From a virus, in the IMG/VR virus record IMGVR_UViG_3300045988_055374: 39,701 nt of DNA. One strand, given 5' to 3'. Each line of letters begins with the position of its first letter. Positions within the stretch are counted from its first letter, which is position 1. Shown piece by piece: positions 35,001 through 39,701 of this stretch. A program made the position numbers and the translations under genes. The notes beneath the pieces were generated by a model. That model had not been told where the DNA came from and made no database searches. It saw nothing but the letters and a program-made list of their open reading frames with translations.

Positions 35001-35472
35001 TTTCAAGGCCACGGTTTCCGAGACCTACACCGAAAAATCCAACTTCAACGAGTTCAAGCAAAAAACGGAATCCGACCTAACCGCCAACAGTACGGCCATA
35101 GAGCAGCGGTATACCGAGATCAAGACCGTGGAGCAGCAAGTCCTTGGCGTAGATGGCAAGGTCACGGATGTGCAGAAAAAGGTCACAGAGACGGCGGGAT
35201 ATATCCGTACCGGCAAGGTGGCTGAGGATGAATCCGGGAATCCGATTTACGGCGTGAAAATCGGGCAAACCGATACGGCTGGCAATTATAACGCCTTTGC
35301 CCAGTTCACAGCCGGGCGCATTTCGTTTTTCGATGAAACCGGGAAGGAGATTAGCCACTTCGCGGGCAAAGATTTCTACATCGACAGCGGTATCATCGTC
35401 CAAAACCTGAATCTCGGTGGCTATGAGCTGCGCCGGAATAAGGGCCTTGGCTTCAAATGGATAGGAGGCTGA
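32029..35472 (+). CDS. Tail-associated protein Tal-1 (1147 aa) with an internal collagen-like/beta-domain expansion
   Basis: ATG at 32029 overlaps the Dit stop, with RBS ggagg. The N-terminal ~390 aa are homologous to Tal-2. There are six G-X-Y tracts. The C-terminus is homologous to the Tal-2 C-terminus. Confidence 0.85.
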   Translation: MYQLKYKNYILYDPRLADEKLIIRDPSVKLAVSKAGEMSFTVDAEHPYLSNLRRMSGLVELLDGTFPIYRGRITGDTKDFYGAHKIETEGIMAVLNDSIIPPFNFPEDFTEDTSYKAAAASGNVVEFFFRWILSQHNSQVTAEQQIKPGVVTVSDPNNYITRSSEEYATAMTTISDKLFKSSLGGNLLIRYENDGNYLDYYAALPLTNTQTVEFAENLLDLSSETDGADIYTAILPEGKDGLTIGNLPDGDLTDDLVKSGKIIYSKSGVATYGRITRHIKWGDVTVDTNLRTKAKAALADNGLSMPETITCKAVDLGWQEGIQHFRVGRMTALVSTPHGYSASYPLMELAPDILDPGNTQITLGATRRTFTGSQIDAVRKAEESAGQVRTDLNKKIEDIELTPGPAGPAGADGKDGKDGTNGTNGLSVWITYHDGTATPATPTGNGTLNGWHTDLTAAVVWMSQKVAASATAGAWGAPIRLLGEKGEQGIQGIPGEKGDPGEQGPQGVKGDTGATGPQGEQGPQGEKGDTGAKGDPGAKGDPGKDGTNGKDGVSPTVSLTKSGNTTTITITDKNGTHTQTVKDGTNGTPGKPGADGKTPYLHLKYSNDGGATFTTNEGETPGAYIGTYTDFTEADSTLVSSYTWAKIKGEQGAQGNPGKDGSPGATGPQGPQGEKGATGATGPQGEKGDVGPQGPQGVKGADGKTYFTWIKYADSPTSGMSDNPTGKKYIGIAYNKLTATESTEYADYTWSLIKGDKGDKGDKGATGDTGPQGEQGVKGDTGATGPQGPQGEKGNTGPTGNGIKSITYYYARTATQTAPAAAAITSTTMPALDATNKYLWQKEVIAYTNGTNQTTVLLLAVYGDKGSKGDKGATGDTGPQGPQGEKGATGATGPQGEKGATGPQGVSVTATTVEYYLSASGTELSGGTWQATAPTITDGMYLWGRTKITYSNGKTAYTGAYCISKAMTESAEPIVSETRTAVTKLTQDVDSFKATVSETYTEKSNFNEFKQKTESDLTANSTAIEQRYTEIKTVEQQVLGVDGKVTDVQKKVTETAGYIRTGKVAEDESGNPIYGVKIGQTDTAGNYNAFAQFTAGRISFFDETGKEISHFAGKDFYIDSGIIVQNLNLGGYELRRNKGLGFKWIGG
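34024..34090 (+). repeat. 67-nt near-identical direct repeat, copy A (partner 34657..34723)
   Basis: 43 nt are identical, followed by 3 mismatches in the remaining 24 nt. The offset is 633 nt (211 codons, in frame). Confidence 0.85.
34657..34723 (+). repeat. 67-nt near-identical direct repeat, copy B
   Basis: accggcccccaaggcccacaaggtgagaagggtgcaacggggg... is shared with 34024..34090. Confidence 0.85.
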
Positions 35473-35476
35473 TAGA

Positions 35477-37444
35477 ATGGCAACAAGCGGAACCGTAAAA
35501 ACAAACACAAAATATGGCTCCTATTTTTGGGTCAAGTGGGAAATCAGCGGCAGTCAGGACATAGCCGGGAATAAGACTACCATATCCTGGTCTTGTGGTC
35601 TGCACCCCGAGGAGCAGTATTACACAAACGCCATAAAAATGGGTGCGGTGGTCATTAACGGTCAAACTGTGTATTCCGGTGGCACATATTCCGACATCAC
35701 GGATTACAAGGATCGCACCTTTGCCTCCGGCACACTGGATATTTCCCACAACAATGACGGCAGCAAGACCTTCACTGTTTCTGCCTTTTCCGGCTGGCTT
35801 TACGGAAACGGAGATTATACCGCTTCGGCGGAGAGTTTTGCCCTGCCTGCCATACCCCGGGCGGCTACCATCACATCCGCGCCCAACTTTACGGATGTGG
35901 ACAACCCGGCCATTGTCTATGCCAATCCGGCGGGATCGGCGGTTGCTGCGCTGGATGTGTGCATTTCCCTGACCGGTTCGGCATCGGATATTGCTTACCG
36001 AGCCGTCAGCACCAGCGGCGGCAGCTACACCTTCCAGCTTACCAATGCGGAGCGGGCCGTGCTGCGCAACAACACGACCTTAACGCGAAAAGTCGTGTTC
36101 CTGCTGCGTACCAAAATCGGCAGCACCTATTACTACGACACCGCAGAAAGGACATTTAGCGTCACCAATAATGCGGCCACCCGGCCCAGTGAAGCTATCG
36201 CTGTGGCCCCTGTCAGTGCCCTGTCTGCGCCGTTTAATGCCCTGTATATCCAGGGCAGAACACAGGCCAAAATCACGCACACGGCCAGCGGCAAGTTCGG
36301 CGCGACCATAAAGCAATATTCCGCCTCCGTAGAGGGTAAAGCCTATTCCGGGAAAACAGTCACCAGTGACGCACTGCAAACGCCGGGCGTGCTGACCATC
36401 ACCGGCACGGCAACGGACAGCAGAGGGTTTTCCACTACAGCATCTAAAACCGTCACGGTGCTGGCGTACAATACGCCCTCTGTGGTGCGTAACGGCAACA
36501 CGGGAAAATTTGTGTGCGCACGGTCTACCTCTGACGGAACAATAAGCGAAGATGGTACTGCGCTTTATGTGGGGTGTTCCAAGTCCTTTTCCTCTTTGGC
36601 CGGAAACAATAAATGCACCTTGCGTCTGCGCTATGCGGCAGAAGGCGGCGGTTGGTCAAGTTGGATCACGCTTTCGGCAGAATCTTCCGGAAACGATTAC
36701 GCAGGCGTGGTGCCCGGTGTCACCCTATCGGTATCGGTAGTATATACCATCGAGATTCAGGCGGTGGACAAGCTGGGTGAGAGCGGGTCGGTGGAAACGA
36801 GAATCCCCACATCCGAGATGACCTTTCACTTGGGCGAGAACGGTAAAGCCGTGGGCATTGGGCGGTACGCCAGCGAGAGCGGAGAAAAGCGGCTGGATGT
36901 GGCCTGGGACGCTCATTTTGAAAAGGGACTGCAAGTCAGCGGTGCCACAACGCTGGGCGGAAACCTAACGGGCAAATATCTGACCGGCACATGGCTACAA
37001 ACCACGGCGACCACAGACCTGGGCAAAACGCCGCCAAAGGTGGCAGTGCTGGATAATGCCGGTTTGGTGTATTACCGGACACCGGCGGAGCTGCGGGCCG
37101 ATTTGGGCTATGGGGACTATGTGTTAGAACAGGGCACCAGCGGTATTTGGACTTACCGCAAATGGGCCAGCGGTGTGGCGGAGTGTTGGGGGCAGCCATC
37201 TAAGAGTGTAGCATCATCCGGCACATTCCTTGGTGCGGATGCATTTTCCACATACTTTTCGCTGCCTGCCGGTCTTTTTACAAGTGTGACGGAAGCCAAT
37301 GTGAATCCAAAGGTCGGAAGCGGATACGCAATCCCTGCATACATAAATGCGACCAATGCATCAATCGGTGTTGACGCGCTATCAAATAACAGCGGTACGC
37401 AGACCTTTTCCGCGCATATCAGCGTAAAAGGGAAATGGAAATAA
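35477..37444 (+). CDS. Tail fibre / receptor-binding protein 1 (DUF859-like architecture), paralog of 163..1941
   Basis: 655 aa. RBS ataggagg. Shares N-terminal and central motifs with the paralog and has an unrelated-looking C-terminal ~200 aa. Confidence 0.7.
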   Translation: MATSGTVKTNTKYGSYFWVKWEISGSQDIAGNKTTISWSCGLHPEEQYYTNAIKMGAVVINGQTVYSGGTYSDITDYKDRTFASGTLDISHNNDGSKTFTVSAFSGWLYGNGDYTASAESFALPAIPRAATITSAPNFTDVDNPAIVYANPAGSAVAALDVCISLTGSASDIAYRAVSTSGGSYTFQLTNAERAVLRNNTTLTRKVVFLLRTKIGSTYYYDTAERTFSVTNNAATRPSEAIAVAPVSALSAPFNALYIQGRTQAKITHTASGKFGATIKQYSASVEGKAYSGKTVTSDALQTPGVLTITGTATDSRGFSTTASKTVTVLAYNTPSVVRNGNTGKFVCARSTSDGTISEDGTALYVGCSKSFSSLAGNNKCTLRLRYAAEGGGWSSWITLSAESSGNDYAGVVPGVTLSVSVVYTIEIQAVDKLGESGSVETRIPTSEMTFHLGENGKAVGIGRYASESGEKRLDVAWDAHFEKGLQVSGATTLGGNLTGKYLTGTWLQTTATTDLGKTPPKVAVLDNAGLVYYRTPAELRADLGYGDYVLEQGTSGIWTYRKWASGVAECWGQPSKSVASSGTFLGADAFSTYFSLPAGLFTSVTEANVNPKVGSGYAIPAYINATNASIGVDALSNNSGTQTFSAHISVKGKWK

Positions 37445-37483
37445 AAACTGACATAAAAATCAAAACAAGAAAGGCGGTGCAAA

Positions 37484-38131
37484 ATGAAAGGGGTTACTTT
37501 TGGAACATATCACAGCTATGATGATTTTAGCTTGATACTGACTTCAAAAGAGATTGCAGCCCCGAAAACAAAGACAGTGAAAATTGATGTGGAAGGTGCA
37601 GACGGGTCTATTGATCTGACGGATTATTTCGGTGAGCCGAAATATGAGGATTGCACCCACAAATTTCAGTTTTCAACCATCGTGCCACAAAGTGAATTCC
37701 TTACACTGTTTTCAACCATCAAAAACGCAATACATGGTAAAAAAATGCGGATCGTCCTTGATGATGATCCGCTTTTTTACTATGTCGGAAGATGCTTTGT
37801 ATCTGCGTTTACCAGCGAAAAGAACATCGGCAAATTTGGCGTAGATTGTGATTGTGAGCCGTGGAAGTACAAGGCAGCAAAAACGGTTATCACGCAGGCA
37901 GTCAGCGGCGAAAGCACCCTTTCCCTGCCCAATCTCCGCAAGCGTGTTGTGCCGGAAGTGGTGATTAACGCCGAAACCCCTCTGCACATTGTATACGACA
38001 CATACAATATTTGGGATTTGGGCAGCGGCAGCTATACCCTTCCGGAACTGGAATTGAAGGCCGGAAACAATAGCGTTTCCGTGACGGGAGAAGGAACCAT
38101 TTCCTTTTCTTATCAGGAAGCGGGGTTGTGA
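37484..38131 (+). CDS. Distal tail protein Dit-2
   Basis: CEPWKYK and the ending ISFSYQEAGL parallel Dit-1. 215 aa. Confidence 0.8.
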   Translation: MKGVTFGTYHSYDDFSLILTSKEIAAPKTKTVKIDVEGADGSIDLTDYFGEPKYEDCTHKFQFSTIVPQSEFLTLFSTIKNAIHGKKMRIVLDDDPLFYYVGRCFVSAFTSEKNIGKFGVDCDCEPWKYKAAKTVITQAVSGESTLSLPNLRKRVVPEVVINAETPLHIVYDTYNIWDLGSGSYTLPELELKAGNNSVSVTGEGTISFSYQEAGL

Positions 38132-38132
38132 T

Positions 38133-39701
38133 ATGTACAGGGTATATTGTGACGGCCTGACGCTGTATAACAGCAACCTGGAAAGCCTGAAAATATTCAG
38201 TCCTTCCGTGGAATTGGAGTTGAACAAGACCGGCAGCTTCTTATTCACAGTTTATCCCGATCATCCACAGTACAACGCCATTCAAAAGCTGCGGTCGATC
38301 ATCACGGTTTATCAGGATGACTATCTGATTTTCCGTGGGCGTGTCCTTGATGATGAAATCGGCTTCTACAATGAAAAGCGTGTTGTCTGCGAAGGTGAGC
38401 TTGCTTTCCTTCTGGACAGCGTACAAAGACCATACGACTATTCCGGGACAGTTGAAGGCTTCTTGAATCTGCTGGTAGATAACCACAACGCGCAGGTGGA
38501 AGAAGCAAAGTGGTTCACTGTCGGAAATGTCACGGTTACTGATCCGAATGATTATATCGCCCGTTCAAACATTGATTATGTTGATACATGGACAGAGCTG
38601 CAAAAGAAGCTGATTGACCTGCTGGGCGGCTATATCGTCATCCGGCATGAAGGCTATATCAACTATATTGACTATCTGCAAGACTTCACGCTGCTTTCTC
38701 CGCAGAAGATCACCTTCGGGAAGAATCTGCTTGACCTAAAGCGGATCAGGAAAGGCGCGGACATTGCAACGGCGCTAATCCCGCTGGGCGCAAAGCTGAA
38801 GGACGATGAAGGCAAGGACACCGACAACCGCCTGACTATTGCAGGTGTCAATGATGGCCTTGATTATATCGTTGACGAAGAATCCGCTGAAAAGTACGGC
38901 CTTATTTTCGCAACGCATACATGGGACGATGTTACAGAAGCGGCAAACCTGCTGACCAAAGCCAATGCACATTTGGCCAATCTTGTCAACCAGTCTGAAA
39001 CCATTGACCTGACGGCGGCTGACCTGGCCACCGTGAATGCTTCCTTCAGCAGCTTTCACCTTGGAACCTATGTCAAGGTGGAAAGCACGCCCCACGGAAT
39101 GAATCAGAATTTCCTTGTTTCAAAGCTGTCTTTGAAGCTGCTGGAGCCGGGAGCAAACAGGCTGACGCTTGGCGGGGTGTTTTTGGGTATTTCCGGGGCA
39201 CTGGCAGGCATTTCCGGGGCGCAGAGTGAAATTATACTGCAAATAGAAAATGCGTCCAAAACGGCTTCTGCGGCCATTTACAATGTGGAACAGAATTTGC
39301 TTGCGTCATTGCAGGTATCAGAAGAAAACATCAAATCAATCGTTGCGGAAAACTACTACCTGAAAGATCAGACGGACGCGCTTGTTTCCTCTGTTAGCAC
39401 AGAGATAGAGCAGACGAAGGAAAGCGTGGAAATCCAGTTCAACCAATTTAACGCCGACATTGAAGCGGTGGCGGCTGGAACGGACGCAGAGTTTGAAGAA
39501 ATCCGCAAATACATTCGGTTTGTAGACGGCTCCATTCTGCTGGGACAAGTCGGGAATGAACTGGAATTGAAAATCAGCAATGACCGCATATCCTTCCTTC
39601 AGGACGCTGTTGAAGTGGCTTATTTCTCCGACAATAAGCTGTATGTGACAGACGGCCATTTTCTCCATTCCCTTCAGCTTGGAAACTTTGCTTTCATTCC
39701 G
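38133..39701 (+). CDS. Tail-associated protein Tal-2, N-terminal 523 codons (open at the window end, finishes at 1..161; 536 aa in total)
   Basis: ATG at 38133 right after the Dit-2 stop. Homologous to the Tal-1 N-terminus (xYRGRI / IFRGRV, ...STPHG...). Absent from the ORF track because no stop falls inside the window. Confidence 0.8.
   Translation, partial: MYRVYCDGLTLYNSNLESLKIFSPSVELELNKTGSFLFTVYPDHPQYNAIQKLRSIITVYQDDYLIFRGRVLDDEIGFYNEKRVVCEGELAFLLDSVQRPYDYSGTVEGFLNLLVDNHNAQVEEAKWFTVGNVTVTDPNDYIARSNIDYVDTWTELQKKLIDLLGGYIVIRHEGYINYIDYLQDFTLLSPQKITFGKNLLDLKRIRKGADIATALIPLGAKLKDDEGKDTDNRLTIAGVNDGLDYIVDEESAEKYGLIFATHTWDDVTEAANLLTKANAHLANLVNQSETIDLTAADLATVNASFSSFHLGTYVKVESTPHGMNQNFLVSKLSLKLLEPGANRLTLGGVFLGISGALAGISGAQSEIILQIENASKTASAAIYNVEQNLLASLQVSEENIKSIVAENYYLKDQTDALVSSVSTEIEQTKESVEIQFNQFNADIEAVAAGTDAEFEEIRKYIRFVDGSILLGQVGNELELKISNDRISFLQDAVEVAYFSDNKLYVTDGHFLHSLQLGNFAFIP
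39583..39701. repeat. Terminal direct repeat, identical to 1..119
   Basis: Same 119-nt string as the window start. Confidence 0.95.

Larger units (their letters stand above)
1..39701 (+). mobile_element. Complete circular temperate siphovirus-like phage genome (unit 39,582 bp, 119-bp assembly overlap)
   Basis: Full set of lysogeny, replication, packaging, head, tail and lysis modules. The window ends repeat the window start exactly and an ORF runs across the junction. Confidence 0.85.

Noticed and set aside
1-39701. tRNA, rRNA or tmRNA genes
   Set aside because: A by-eye scan for T-loop-like GGTTCGAAT/GTTCAAAT contexts found only the operator palindromes. No cloverleaf candidates were seen, but a proper tRNAscan was not possible.

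Overview
The window is one complete, circularly closed temperate siphovirus-type phage genome. The first 119 nt are identical to the last 119 nt, so the unit length is 39,582 bp and there is no host flank. Almost every real gene is on the + strand; the exception is a minus-strand lysogeny/accessory block at 1976-6219. That block holds a large serine recombinase, a membrane-anchored XRE regulator, a CI-like repressor and a low-GC two-gene moron. The rest reads in this order: a divergent-promoter genetic switch with a repeated 16-bp palindromic operator; small early genes; a C5-cytosine methyltransferase plus an SplB-like radical SAM pair; a YqaJ exonuclease/RecT/SSB recombination module; a replisome organizer and G39P-like loader; a Lar-like anti-restriction protein; a late regulator; TerS/TerL; portal; a MuF protein with a C-terminal HExxH domain; a holin-endolysin cassette oddly placed inside the head module; scaffold; major capsid; neck proteins; major tail protein; and G/GT chaperones with a -1 slippery T-run. 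The tail-tip region is the most unusual part. It has two complete but different tape measure genes of near-equal length, separated by an intrinsic terminator. These are followed by two divergent Dit-Tal-RBP cassettes in tandem, and one Tal is expanded by collagen-like modules. Other leads are the methyltransferase/radical SAM pair as a possible DNA hypermodification module, the moron operon, an acr/aca-like early operon, a promoter-terminator unit ahead of the late genes, and a candidate attP palindrome. All functional calls come from motif recognition by eye; no database searches were run.
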